The notes below the pieces were generated by a model that was given only the letters and a program-made list of their open reading frames with translations, was not told where the DNA came from and searched no databases. The position numbers and the translations under genes are program-made. A stretch of 64,000 nt of DNA from the human T2T-CHM13v2.0 reference genome, Homo sapiens: assembly GCF_009914755.1 (NCBI RefSeq), contig NC_060932.1. The stretch is one strand, 5' to 3'. Shown here one piece after another: positions 26,301-39,415 of the stretch. How positions within the stretch are numbered: the first letter of the stretch is position 1; the number at the start of each line of letters is the position of its first letter.

Positions 26301-29300
26301 GGGCAGGCAATGGCCCTTTACAGATGACGAAGCATCAGAAAAGTTAGGGTGCAACCATTTGTTTTCAGTTTACAAAAAGGGAAGACGATTAATCCCCAAA
26401 AAGGAGCCTGTGAGCGTCAGATGAAGAATTTAAGAAATGAATAATATGGGTCACATGAGACAGTCTCTTTCTTTTTATTCATTTATTTATTTTTACAAAA
26501 AAGTATGTTTCTGTGTCCTTCAGCACAGTTTGCAGGAGCATTTAGAGCACACCCGTGGAGTGGCCCTTTTATGCTTGCCAAGCATGCTGAACACCGTAAG
26601 CCACGTGTGACACATCTTCCATGGACATGAAAGATATGTTGATCATTTTATTGGGCTCCAGTCTCAGCTCTGCCACGAACTGGCACTGTGCCTTGGACCA
26701 AGTCACTTCATCCCTTTGGGTTTGCGTTTGCTCCCCTGGAAGGTAGGGGAGGGGTGCAGTGAGCTCTGGCGTTCTTCTTAGCCTCTGCTGCAGCTGCATG
26801 AGTGGGTCTATGGCACAGCCCCCTGCCTGCATCATGGCAGGTTATACACAGTAAAGAGATGAAAGGAATTTTTCTGCTAAGGGAAGTAGCCCCATCTGTC
26901 AGGATAGTTGGCTCCATTGTGTCTAACGTAGGTATCTTATAAGCCTGTACACATGGCAGCCAAGGGGACCTGGCCGCCAGAGCCGTAGGAGATGACCCAG
27001 CACAATGGGCTGGGCAGTAAGGAAGCCAGACTCTGGAGCCAGCATGGAGGTGCAGGAGCTCGTGAGTATGAGGGCATGATGAGGGGTGCACAGAGGAACC
27101 CCTGGGCTAACAGGGGCCCAGGAGACAGTATTACGGCATTGGGCTTTGTATTGCCGGAGACCAGCACAGATCCCACAATGCAACGATGCCAAAAAACGGT
27201 AGAACTGAAAACCCCAGCCAGATCAACGCGAGAATAAATCTCTTTTCTGCTGAAATTGATAGCCTCCTAAAATGCTAAGACACATGCAGCGGAGAATAAT
27301 CATTATTGACCATGAAATAGCTAAGAACCAGCTGAGAAAATACAGAAGGACACACAGTAAGAATGAATGAGAAAACTCTTGTATAGAGGATACGGTCAGA
27401 GTTAGCAACCAGTTGCTTCTTCATGTAAATTAAATCAGCGGAGAATCTAAAACCATCCCGTAGACCACATTTAGAGGGTAGGAAGGATGCAATGGGGCCA
27501 GGTGGGCAGGAGATGGGCTTAGCATCCAAGCAGGCTGGACTCACAGCCCTCTGCCTGGTGTGTGATCTCAGCACTTCTTGTACCTTATCTGAGCCTCAAT
27601 GAAGGTAATAAAATCACCTGCCTATAAGCCTGCAGTGAGAATTAGAGGAGCAAATGGATGAGCCTCAGTCCTGTGTGGGGTCTGGCTGCTCACAAGGCAC
27701 CATGGACGCCGTCTTTACCATCATCACTGTCGACCCGGAGCCAATGGTGAAAGCAGGACACAGGCAAGCCCCAGCGTTTCCCACCATTGTCTTATTTTTT
27801 CGGCTTCAGGAAGACATTAGACTTCTAGGAAGAGATTCCTTAAAGCCAGGACTAGAAGGTAGACTCCAGATTTTGGCTACAAGTGGCAAATATGTCTTGT
27901 AAGATGAATTTTATGTACTTGTGCCAAGTGCCATTGGAAATACCGAAGACTGTGCAAAAATAAAAGACAACAAACAGCCCCAGGAACCCGGAGCCCTCTC
28001 CCAGCCCAGAACATTCACCAGCTCGGCCAAGAGTTCTGCTGGGTTTTCTCTGGGGGCTGGTGCTGCTGTGGACACGACAACCCGGAACACGGAGGGAGGG
28101 CTCAGCGCTAGGAAGGGAGAGGGAATGAAGAGGAGTTTCCCTCTCTTTGCTAATTTCTTCGTCTCTGGGAACATTTCCTTCAACAGAGTCCTGCTTTTCT
28201 CATCCTCACACCTCACTGCGCCCCTCCTGAACCCACTCCTTTCTGAATATGGTCTACTGTCCTTCCGTGACCCACATCACCTTGGTCCTCTCCCTCATAA
28301 GCACATCCTAGGTGGGCCTGCCCTTCACTTACCCATCTCCTTAGAAGAAACGTGAGCTCTCCAAAGGGAAGGGCAGAACCCTGCTTGTTGGTCTTTCTGC
28401 CCCCAGCACTTGACCTAGAGCCTTGCACTGAGGACGTGCCACTCATGTCTGCTGAATAAACAGCCACATTTCCAGATGACGATGTCCTTTTCCAGCCAAC
28501 ATCAGCTCAGCGGGCCTTCACGTATTTAGTTATACTTGTGCCCCCGCTCAACAGGGTGAGGATGCTCCTGGACACAGAAATTAGCTCTGAGGCAGGAAGG
28601 AGGAAAGGGGATGCTTCTGGGAGGCAAAGGCGGTCAATCATAGTGAGCACCAGAGACTCCGTGTACCTGGGAAATACGTGGGTTCCCACACCAGCCTTGG
28701 GGAGCCAGGGTGGGGAAGAGGGTCTGCAGAGCAAGTTTAGGATGCAGCACATGCCAAGCTTTTCAGAGTCTCACAGTCAGGAACAGAACTCATGCAGGGA
28801 GGGGAGGGATTGGAAAGTAGGAGGCAAAGCAGAAGCCCCGAACCCAAAGACAGAGCCGGCGACCGGCCAGAGTGCAGCTCTGAGCCTCAGACATGAGGGG
28901 AGAAGAAGGGGATGGGGTGGGGGGCGGTCGTGAGGAATGTCGTTGTCCAGGCTCCACCCGGCCCACCAGCTCCGCAGAGGAAGGAGTGGGCTGGGAGAGG
29001 CACACACCAGAACAGCTCTCCTCGGGGCAAAGCAGGCTTTCTTCCCGAACACCCAAGGCTTTCCAAAAGGTAAACACCATTTCCCCCAAGCGACCCCAAT
29101 GTTTGCTGAAGCAAAACCTCTCGTGTGAGCCGGCGGGCGGCTTCACGACAGGCGTGAGAAGGCCATGGCCCTGTGTGGGTGAGGAAGCGCAGTGCGGCTC
29201 CCCCCTGCGTGGTGGGACTAAGAAGAGCCCCCTGCCACCCGAAAGGCGCCCTAACACTTCAGAGAGCGGATGGCTGCCGAGGGTGGCCAGGCTGGAGCTG

Positions 29301-31532
29301 CGGCTTCCCACCCGATGCATTGCAGAATGTAACTTTCCAAAATGCATTGCTCTCATCTCAGCTCAGCGTGAAAACACATGTGTGCACACACGCACATGCA
29401 GCCCCGCTGAGCTGGGTGGTGAAAAGACCCTAATTAGTTCTGATTCCTTAAGGCATGTATTTTAAAAAGCGTGAAACCTATTGAGATGCTACTTCCTAGC
29501 GCGAATACGGGGCTCTTAAAAGTCCTGATAAAAGTGAAAATCCGAGGCGCGCCTGGGAAGTGGGAATGTTCCCTCCAACTCAGGCTTCCACGGTCATGAG
29601 TAGGAAGTCCTCTTCCTAATCTCAGTATCTTAAAAAGAAGCCTTGATGTTGTTACGTGATTACCTAAAAGGAATGCCTTCCTCCGCGGACCGGAAGGATA
29701 TTTTTAAAGGAATGTGAAGCTTGTGACAGGAATTATCGATACCTTTGGAATTTTTTTTTCCAAGTGACTCAGGCTTACTTGAAGCCATTACCTCGGAGTT
29801 AGTCAGGGACTGCATGACGCCAGGCCCCAACTGTTTAAAGCAGAGCGCGGCTTAGTGAAAGAATGAAAAAACCGAGGATGTTCTTTGTCCATTATTCTCA
29901 CCGTGATGAATGATGCTTGTTTTCCTCTCCACTTTAATTAGAATGTTTCTACATTTGCCAAAGAAAATGTTGGAATGGAGACAAAAACCTGAAATTATAG
30001 GAACAGGGCTTGATGTAATAGCTTATTTGTAAAGGAAACACAACTTGTTTGGCATTTTATTGAAACAGGAAGTTCAGAAGCTTAGTACACACAAGTACAA
30101 CAAATTCTCAGGTGCTTGTTGAGTCATCTGTTGTTGGAAATAGTCTCCTGGTAGTTTTCCCCTTGATTTACTTTTTATCTTCATTTTGTTTTTTTGAAAG
30201 TAGTGAGGGTAGGAAGTTACAGAGAGATTCAATTAGAGATTATGTGTATTTTTAAAAATCAGCTATCAAGATTAAATAAAGCAAGCGGGAATTCTCTCCT
30301 TGCTCCCATGTACCAATTTTTGTAATTATGTACAAGATGAGGGAAACCAAAGAAAAACAATAACTTGCTTCAATGCAATTACTAATTCAAAAGTAACCAT
30401 TACTCTGGGGAATTGTATTAGAGATTAACAAAGAGGAAAAGTACTGTGGTTTTCTTTCTCTATGTTCTATTTGCTAGGAAGCGGTCAATAAAGTAACCTT
30501 TTCCCCACAGGAGCTGGTTAATAGTTCGCTTCATGCTAAATAAAAGTTACAGAAATATCTGGAGCTGAGTTGCTGGAGACACAGAAATCTTCAGGTTGGA
30601 ATTTCTTGCCCTTTTCCAAAGGATTAGGCCAGGACATTGCTGTCAAATCTGCAAAACCTACTCATCCTGGCAAGAGTGCGGTATTTTTAGGACTCACTAG
30701 TGTGCTACTTCTAATAGTGCTTAGTCAGGGACCCCCAGGGGAGTGCAAGGGAGAGAGGGTCCCCAGCAGGGACGCCAGACCTTCTCTAGCTGGCCGTGGG
30801 TGCTGGCCTGGCCACCTGTAGCCCTCAGCGCACAGGTGGAGGTGTAACTGGTATTCCTGTGGGAGTGACAGTGTCCATCTTTGACATTTAAGAGCCTGCT
30901 CCTTCAGATACATTTACCATTGCCACCATTGGGGATTGGGGCAGTACTGGCCACCCTTGGCGGCACATCTCCAGCTTACAGCAGAGTCTGAGTGTCTCTA
31001 GCATACCTCTGACTGAGGCACGTTAGGCTTGTGACATCACATCTTCCTAGGTGGGGCAGAGACTTTACAATACATGTGACAAGAGAAAAACCTTACAGCT
31101 TTGTATTGAAAGATTTCTTAAGTTTTTAGTTTATTGACTAAATAACACTGAACAAAATGATTCTACTATGAAACGAAAGGATTGGACCTCTGTGAGGGTT
31201 GTGGCAATGTTTCAATAGCTGAGCAACGCAGGAGGCACACAGGCCATCGTTGGGGGCAGGTTGGAGGCCTTCAGTTCCTTTACAGCTATGGGCTCCCATC
31301 AAGGGTGAGTGCATTGAGGAGACATTGCCTAGAACTACTGGACAGACATCTCACCCAGGAGACGGGAGCATGGTACTTAACACACTTCCATGCACCGTTC
31401 AGAATCGCTAAACACAGCAGTGCAGAGGCAGATGACAAGGGCCATTACGGGGTCACCAAGGGAGGAAATAGGGACTGGAGCCCCCAGGAAGGAGAGCTGA
31501 GGCTCCCTGTGGGCTGGGGGCTGGCTTTGTGG

Positions 31533-31617
31533 CCCTGCAGCCACCACCTGGAGATGAGAGACCTGTCCCTAGGCCTCCCTGCAGCCACCACCTGGAGACA
31601 GAGTCCCTAGACCTCCC
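31533..31617. repeat. 44-bp-period direct duplication
   Basis: Perfect core ccctgcagccaccacctggaga at 31533 and 31577. Confidence 0.85.
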
Positions 31618-31980
31618 AGCTGTGCCCACCTGGGCAGCTGCACTTTCCAGAGGATTATTCCTGCAGCTTCCACCCTCACAGCTCTCAGCTGTCTTTGCAG
31701 GTGCATCTCTGGAAAACAGTTCTCATCAGGGCACCCTGTGCTTCCCAGTTTCTAGTCATTTCCCTTCTCTGAAGGTTCTAGTTCAGACTCTTGAGCAAAG
31801 CCTTCAAGACCTCTCCTTAAACTGCCCTCCTCCTCTTCCGTCCAGCCACCTGGTTGCCTCCTGGCTCTTCCTGCCCTAATACCGGCTGCCCGTACGGGAC
31901 TGCTCACCTCCTGCAGGGAGCCGGACGTCTGTGGCGATCTCCCTCCCGCCATGACACCCCCTACCTGTCCTCCATCATAT

Positions 31981-31983
<3 letters not shown>

Positions 31984-32015
<32 letters not shown>

Positions 32016-32277
32016 CTACGCACACCCACACCCCACATGCACATCATACATACATGCCCACCAGAAATACACACACCATACACACCACCCACCCACATGC
32101 ACACCATACATACACATACACACAACACAGACATTAAATACACATGCCACTACACACAGTGCATACCACACACAACACACACCACACACACACACCCAAT
32201 CACATACCACATATACCCACACCACACACACACACACCCAATCACATACCACATATACCCACACCACACACACACAA
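31984..32277. repeat. (CA)n plus CA-rich low complexity, including a ~40-bp duplicated unit
   Basis: (AC)n at 31984-32013; accacacacacacacccaatcacataccacatatacccac repeated at 32181 and 32221. Confidence 0.9.
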
Positions 32278-33769
32278 GCCTTTCCTAATTATCTAAAGGA
32301 GAAGCTTTTCTGGAAAGCATTCCCCAGAGCTTCTAGAGAAATTAGTGTCACCCTCTTTTATGGTTTCATAGTAATGTTTTTATATCACCAGTATAAATAC
32401 TATCATATAAAAAGGGTAATCAGTGTACCATAGTAATTAATTCTTTAAGTATGTCTCTTCTGCTAGATGATGAGCTTCCTGAATGCAGGCTCTGAAGAAT
32501 TTTTTCATAGTTTTAAATCCACTGCATGGAATAGAGAAGGCTCTCCATAAACTTCCTGAGTTTAAATGGAATCGGATTGGAAGGCAGTAGCAAGGCACAA
32601 AGTGCAGTGAGAGCCAAGCTCAGGAAAACCAGTGTCCTTGAGCAGAAAGACTTAGGAAGGGTGCTCGCTAGCGAGGAGGGAGGCAACAAGGGGCCAGCCC
32701 GTGGGGAGCCTTAAGCACCAAGAGCAGGGCGGTGCACACTTTGTCTGGCACGGGCTGGAGCAGGAGAGGGACCGTCCTTGCATTCTGTGCGGATTTCTAT
32801 GGCAATGACATGGAGGGAAATGAAGGTAGGATCAAGAGTCCCACTGGGAAGTGGCCTGGCAACCAGAGGTGTCCGCAGGACACCTGAGCCTCAGCAGTGT
32901 CTGTGAGGATAGGAGGGAAAGCCAGACCCCAGCCTCTCTGGGGAGAATCTGGATGCATGCGGGAGGAATGGATGGAAGGGAGGGTGTGGGGCTGAGTGGC
33001 GGCGGCTGGGCTGTGCTCTCCCACTCACAGAGCCTTCCCCAAAGCGGGGAAGGCTGCTTGCCTTTTGGTTCATTTCCTTTCTTTAATACACAGCAAATTC
33101 CTGGTCACCCTTTGTTGTTGGCTGGTTGGGTTTGTCGCTTTCCTTGTTGTTTACAAGCTCCAGGTATTTGTGACAGATCTTATCATCTCCTTCCCTCTTA
33201 GTCACCTCTTGGCCCAACTCTGCATATTTTACTCTTTTTAACTCTGCTCCTGTTCTGACCTCCCCACTCTCGGAAGCATATTTGCTTGGTGTTTTCAGAT
33301 TTTATTTCATTTTGGCTATTTAAAGAGATGCAATAAACTAAATATGGCCTGGCAAGTCTGGTCTTAAAATAGAAAATATATATATATGTATATTTGTGTG
33401 TGCATGTGTGTCTGTGTACATAGGCGCATGTGTGTGCCCTTGAGTGTGCATCCGTGTGTGTGTGTGTGGCCGGTGTACTATAAACCCAGGGCATCAGTCT
33501 CCTGACGTCATTGCTTGCACTTTTTGCCATTCTCCCCCAAACACTAGTTTTCAGCCTGTATTTTCTCAGTTTCCCCAAAAATGATTTTTTAAGAAAAGTC
33601 AAATCAGAAAGTGATCAGCCTCTACCGCCGGACTCTGCTTCAGTATCCATCCATGTCTCTGAGGTCTTGGGGCTCATAGGAATGTGCTTATTTTCATAGT
33701 CCCATTAACATGAATAGTTTCAGAAGGGCCAGCTCAGTTTTGTCTTCAGTTTTCTCACTGGTGATTGTG

Positions 33770-33940
33770 CAGGGGTGGAATGGCAATGGAATGCATAGGG
33801 GCATGAGTGAACTTTTCGGGATGATGGAAGTACTCTATATTTTGATTGAGGTGTTATTAATTCAATGTGTCAAAATCATCAAAATTTTTACATTTCATCA
33901 TTCTTAAATTATACCTCAGTAAAGTTGATTTTAAAAGTTA
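33770..33940 (+). mobile_element. Old L1 (L1MC/ME) 3' end fragment
   Basis: gggcatgagtgaactttt...ttatacctcagtaaagttgattttaaaa. Confidence 0.6.
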
Positions 33941-34950
33941 AACACATACCCTTTGCTCGAAAATGATCCTGTAGAGCGTTTATGCCTTTATATGAATTTA
34001 GCTAATGCATTCTCTCCCCAGGGCCATTTGCATTTTAGGATATAACTGATGATGTGGAAGGTACTAGCAAGGAAGTATGGGATGGGAATCTGGGGATGGA
34101 AGTACCTTCCTGCTTTCAGTAAGTTACATAGGCACTCCTTATTCATAAGGCTGAGCTTGGTTTCAGATAAATAATCAGAAAGTAGGTTGTGCAAGGTTTT
34201 AAGAAGAGGATCCAAACTGGGACTTAGTAACGAACTCTGAAACTGCCACTTGCATTCTCTGAACTTCACATCAAGTCAATACTCTGTATGCTACAATTCC
34301 ATCTTACATTAAAAAGCAGGTCTACTAAGGGACCCGATTCCCAAGAAATAAATGTGCTTTTTACAATGCTTGATTTGCAAGTCAGTTTCAAAGATAATTT
34401 GGTGAAGATATCAGAGTTATTTTTACAAGATTAAAAATCAGTATTCAACAAATTATTTTATTCACTTTGACTTTTTTTTTTTTTTAACCTGTCTGTGACA
34501 TATGTCTCCTTTGATCCGCACACACACCCTGGCCAGTAGGAAACAGGCACACTCTGCTGGTGGCAGAGGGATGGGGACTGGAGCCTGATCTTGGACCTTC
34601 CCTGTCTCATCTAGCTCAGCCCCCATGCTGTCATAGGCCGCAGCCAAGTGGCCTTCCACAGCCCCTCCATGGAGCCATCGCAGACACAGCTTCTCCACGG
34701 AGCCCTGTTCTCAGCCCTGGAGGCCGGCAGTGTGCTTCACCCACTGCCTGCCACATTCCAGCCAACAGAAGAACTTTTGACCGAGAAGTAGAAACTAGGT
34801 GATTCAGATCAGATCTCTGTTGTAGACTCCACTACCCTAATGATGAATTTTTAAAATTAAACATTCCCTAACAAACCTCCAAGACTCTTTGCTTGGGTCG
34901 GTCAAAATACAGTGGAATGTGAGAGCACATGTCAGAATTCTCCAGCCTAC

Positions 34951-35253
34951 GTTTGCTGTTGTTGTTGTTTTGAGACGGAGTCTCACTCTATCGCCCAGGC
35001 TGGAGTGCAGTGGCGCAAACTCGGCTCACTGCAATCTCTGCCTTTCAGGCTCAAGTGATTCTCCTGCCTCAGCCTCCTAAGTAGCTAGGACTATACGTGC
35101 GTGCCACCACGCCTGGCTAGTTTTTGTATTTGTAGTAGAGACAGGGTTTCACCATGTTGGCCAGACTGGTCTCGAATTCCTGACCTCAGGTGATCTGCCT
35201 GCCTCGGCCTCCCAAAGTGCTGGGATTACAGGTGTGAGACACCACATCCAGCC
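34951..35253 (-). mobile_element. AluS
   Basis: Alu reverse complement; TSD cagcctac. Confidence 0.93.
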
Positions 35254-36056
35254 CAGCCTACTTTTATACTATGAACAAAACTTCTTAGAATTACCAACTT
35301 AAGTACAATAGAAGCTTTTGAAATTAGCTGGGGGGAAATTGAGTCTCTAAGTAAGGAGGAGTAAGAGCAAGAAGATCAGAAGGAACCACAGAATCAAACA
35401 CTTTCAAAAGGAAAGAAAATTAGGAAATTGTTCGGTGCCATCCCTTCATTTCAGAGGGGAAGAACTAAGGACTAGAGAAGTCAGGTCACCCCGACAGGAC
35501 CCTATGTCCCTCCTTGTCGCCTGACCTCTCCCTGTGAGTCTCAGTGGTCCTGGTCCCACAGCAGGTGCTTGGGGACCCAGAAAGAGGCCAGGTCTCCTGA
35601 CACCCAGCCCCGCTCTTGTTGGGTCCCTGAATCTGGAATGGTTACTCATGTTGGGGGAATTTTATATTCTTTTTTCCAAAAGTTGATATCCAGCTAGAAT
35701 CTGTCCTTCCTGAGAGCTTGTCACTGCCCTTTCTCTCCTCCCTGCCTGTACTCCTGTTCGCTTGGGACTCACACTCCTTGCAAAAAAGCTTGTTTCACCC
35801 AGGGGTGAGTTTTGTAACTAGAGCAGGGAGTCCTTGCCTTTCATTCCAATGCATTCCCCAAAAGCAGAAAAGTGTTATGCGATGGGAGTTTGCATTTTGG
35901 ACCAAAGACTCCGCAGCAAATAAATCATGGAAACGAACAATATGTCCTTAAACCAAGATGTAACTGTAAACCTCTACTGTCTTATGAAATAACAATACTG
36001 TGCTTTGAGTAGCCAGACCACATAGTAGCTGGACTCTAGACTCTAAGCAGGGATGA

Positions 36057-36500
<444 letters not shown>

Positions 36501-37153
36501 TAAGTTTTGTTTTAATAAAAAAATTGTGAGTAAGTTGTAAAGCTTTTGATAAGTTCAGTGGCTCCTGTAGGCAGACAATAAATTGCTAAGTCCCAAAGTG
36601 TTGCAAGATTCTGGAGAGTACTTTGTTCATACTTTGAAGAATATGCCTGATTATAAGGCAACACAAATTACTGAAGCCTTGAAATGATGAGGTTGTTTCC
36701 ATTTACTCGCACATAAAATAATATATCTAAAACATCTAGCAACTCTCAAAAGAAGAGAGTAAAAAGCTTTTGAGAAATCAAATACAATTCATTCCAATTC
36801 AACTTGAAAATTCCCAACAGTCCGTGTTGCATTTTATACATCTTGAACCAAACCATGGCTTTGAGTAAAGGCTTCATTTAAAAACCTAACCTATATATGG
36901 TGGGTGTTCATGTTCTATTAAAGCAAGGTCCCTGTCCTAGTTGGAGGGAACTTCCCTAGGTTCGGCAGCATAAACCAGTGCCTGTCGACCAGGGAGTGTC
37001 AGGAGGATGTGCTGCTTCCTGCCCCCTCCCGCACAGGGAGCAAGGCTGTGCTGAATGGAGATATTCTAGTAAGGAGGAGAGTGTATGTGAGAAGGTGTAT
37101 GTGAGAAGGTGTGGCATCCACAACAAAACTAATAAAGCATCAGCAACCTTAGG

Positions 37154-37483
37154 TGATGCGGTTTGGCTATGTCCCCACCCAAATCTCATCTTGAGTTCCC
37201 ACATGTTGTGGGAGGTAATTGAATCACAGGGACAGGTCTTTCTCATGCTGTTCTCGTGATAGTGAATAAGTGTCATAAGAGCTGATGGTTTCATAAGGGG
37301 GAGTTTCCCTGCACAAGCTCTCTTCTCTTGTTTGCCACCATGTGAGATGTGCCTTTCACCTTCCACTATGAGTGTGAGGCCTCCCCAGCCACATGGAACT
37401 GTAAGTCCATTAAACCTCTTTCTTTTGTAAATTGCCCAGTCTTGGGTATGTCTTTATCAGCAGTATGAAAACAGACTAATGCA
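37154..37483 (+). mobile_element. THE1 solo LTR (MaLR)
   Basis: TGatgcggtttggctatgtccccacccaaatctcatcttg...gaaaacagactaatgCA. Confidence 0.9.
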
Positions 37484-37500
37484 TTTGGAAACCAAGAGGC

Positions 37501-37991
37501 TGATGGTGTTCAGGACACATTGTCCCCATTTATAGCACCTTGGCATTTCAGAAAATCGCAAAAGCAGGAAGGCCCCTCTCACTTTCCCCTCCTTGCCCTT
37601 CTCCCCTGGGGCAGGTTATAAGATCCTCATTTGGGAGAGTCTTTCCCAATACTTGGAGGAAAGGAACATCCTTGTCTCTGAAGACACAGAGCACAGAGAA
37701 GAATCAGAACAAACAGGCCTTTCTCAGTGACCCCAGTTTATCACTATTAGCTCACTCCCAGTTTGTCTAATCACCTCCTCCACCACTATCCACTCTTCAT
37801 CAAACCTAAGTACAAAATACCCAAGTTTGCCTGTTTCTGTGGGTCTTCCTTTCCTTGTGATAACTCCTGAGTCACATGAAACACATACTAAATATGTGTG
37901 CCTGCTTTCCTCTTGTTACTCTTTAGTTACAGGGAAGGGCCCCAGCCATGAACCTAGCAATGGGTGAGGAAAGAAATCTTTCCTTCCCTAC
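37501..37991 (+). mobile_element. ERV1-class solo LTR, MER31-like
   Basis: TGatggtgttcaggacac...gcaccttggcat...ccagccatgaacctagcaatgggtgaggaaag resembles MER31 as recalled. Confidence 0.6.
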
Positions 37992-38356
37992 TGATATGGT
38001 TTGGCTGTGTCCCTACTCAAATCTCATCTTGAATTGTAGCTCCCACAATTCCCATGTGTTATGGGAGGGAACCAGTGGGAGATAATCGAATCATGGTGGC
38101 AGTTTCCCCCCATACAGTTCTCATGGTAGTGAATAAGTCTCATGAGATCTGATGGTGAATAAGGGGAAACGCCTTTCACTTGCTTCCCATTTTTCTCTCT
38201 TGTCTGCTGCCATGTAAGACATGCTGTCCACCTTCTGCCGTGATTGTGAGGCCTCCCCAGGCAGGTGGAACTGTGAGACCATTAAACTTCTTTCTCTTTA
38301 TAAAGTATCCAGTCTTGGGTATGTCTATATCAGCAGCATGAAAACGGACTAATACA
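37992..38356 (+). mobile_element. THE1 solo LTR with intact 5-bp TSD
   Basis: TGatatggtttggctgtgtcc...gactaataCA flanked by CCTAC at 37987-37991 and 38357-38361. Confidence 0.93.
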
Positions 38357-39099
38357 CCTACCAGGCCCGGATTTGTTTGGCAATAAAGTGATCCATTCAC
38401 GCCCAAGAAGTGGGTGGAGCTGGGAAAGGCCAGACCAACCATTTGGAATAGTGTTTTTTGATCCACCCCCAGGAGGTGAGGATTGGCAGGGGCTGAGGGG
38501 AGTGCTCACCTCCAGCAAGGTGAGCTGGAGCCCACAGCAGGACTCCAGCCTCAGCAGAGGAACTGGAGAGCAAACCAGGAAAGGCAGACAGAGCTGACTC
38601 ACGTGCGAGGGTGGGAGAGGTCACACGGCCTGCCCGGACCCTGATGAGCTGAGCACAGTGAAAACAATGCCAGGCCTCACCTGCCCGTGCTTACCGGCTG
38701 GTGGCAGGGGGGCTGAGCAGGTGTTGAGGTGTTCACAGGTGAGTAGGAGAGGAATGGCAGACGTCGGCCTAAAGGCAATCGCAAGGAGAAATGCGTTGAG
38801 AATTGTAGCACTGTATCCATCAAAAAGGAAGCTCATCTTTCACTGGGTGTCTTTCTAATTGTTAGACTTGACACTGCATTTGCTGCCCTGATTTCTTGTC
38901 CTAACCTTCAAGCTTGTTAGAACAGGGACTCAGGGACTCTGTTTTCTTCTCCTGTGCTCAGTGCAGGGCAGCAGGACTCACTTGCTAAGTGCTCACTGAC
39001 AGATGTAAGATTATTGTTAGAGATATGGACCCGCTTGCTCTTCTGAGCTTCCGTGATTCTCATTCGGTCCTTTGCTGTCATTAGAATCGTCTGGGGAGA

Positions 39100-39415
39100 T
39101 TTTTGTCACTCCTGCTACTCTGACCAAACCTCGTATACTTCAATCAGAATGCTCGGAGTTGGGGCTGCAGCAACTGGAATTGTTTCAAACTCCCCGGGTG
39201 ACTGCCCTAGCAGTCAAGTTTGAGAACCACGGGCATGGTAAAATCTTTTCTCAGCCTGAGCAGCCCATTAGCTTCACCTAGGGAGCTTTAACAATCACTA
39301 ATGCCTAGGCCTCACCACCCTCCATCCCGTGTTCTGACTTAATTAGCGTGGGGTGGGGCCCCTAAAACAACATTCTAACAGCTTCCCAGGCGATGAGAAT
39401 GCACAGCTAGGATGA
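39100..39415. mobile_element. MER5A-like hAT-Charlie fossils
   Basis: gtttgagaaccac and tcacctagggagcttt...ttctgacttaatt...ggggtggggccc motifs. Confidence 0.55.

Noticed and set aside
31854-32433. His/Thr-rich ORFs
   Set aside because: Translation of CA-rich low-complexity DNA.
37154-38356. The two THE1 LTRs as ends of one provirus
   Set aside because: They differ by indels, the second has its own TSD, and the spacer is a different LTR rather than THE1 internal sequence.
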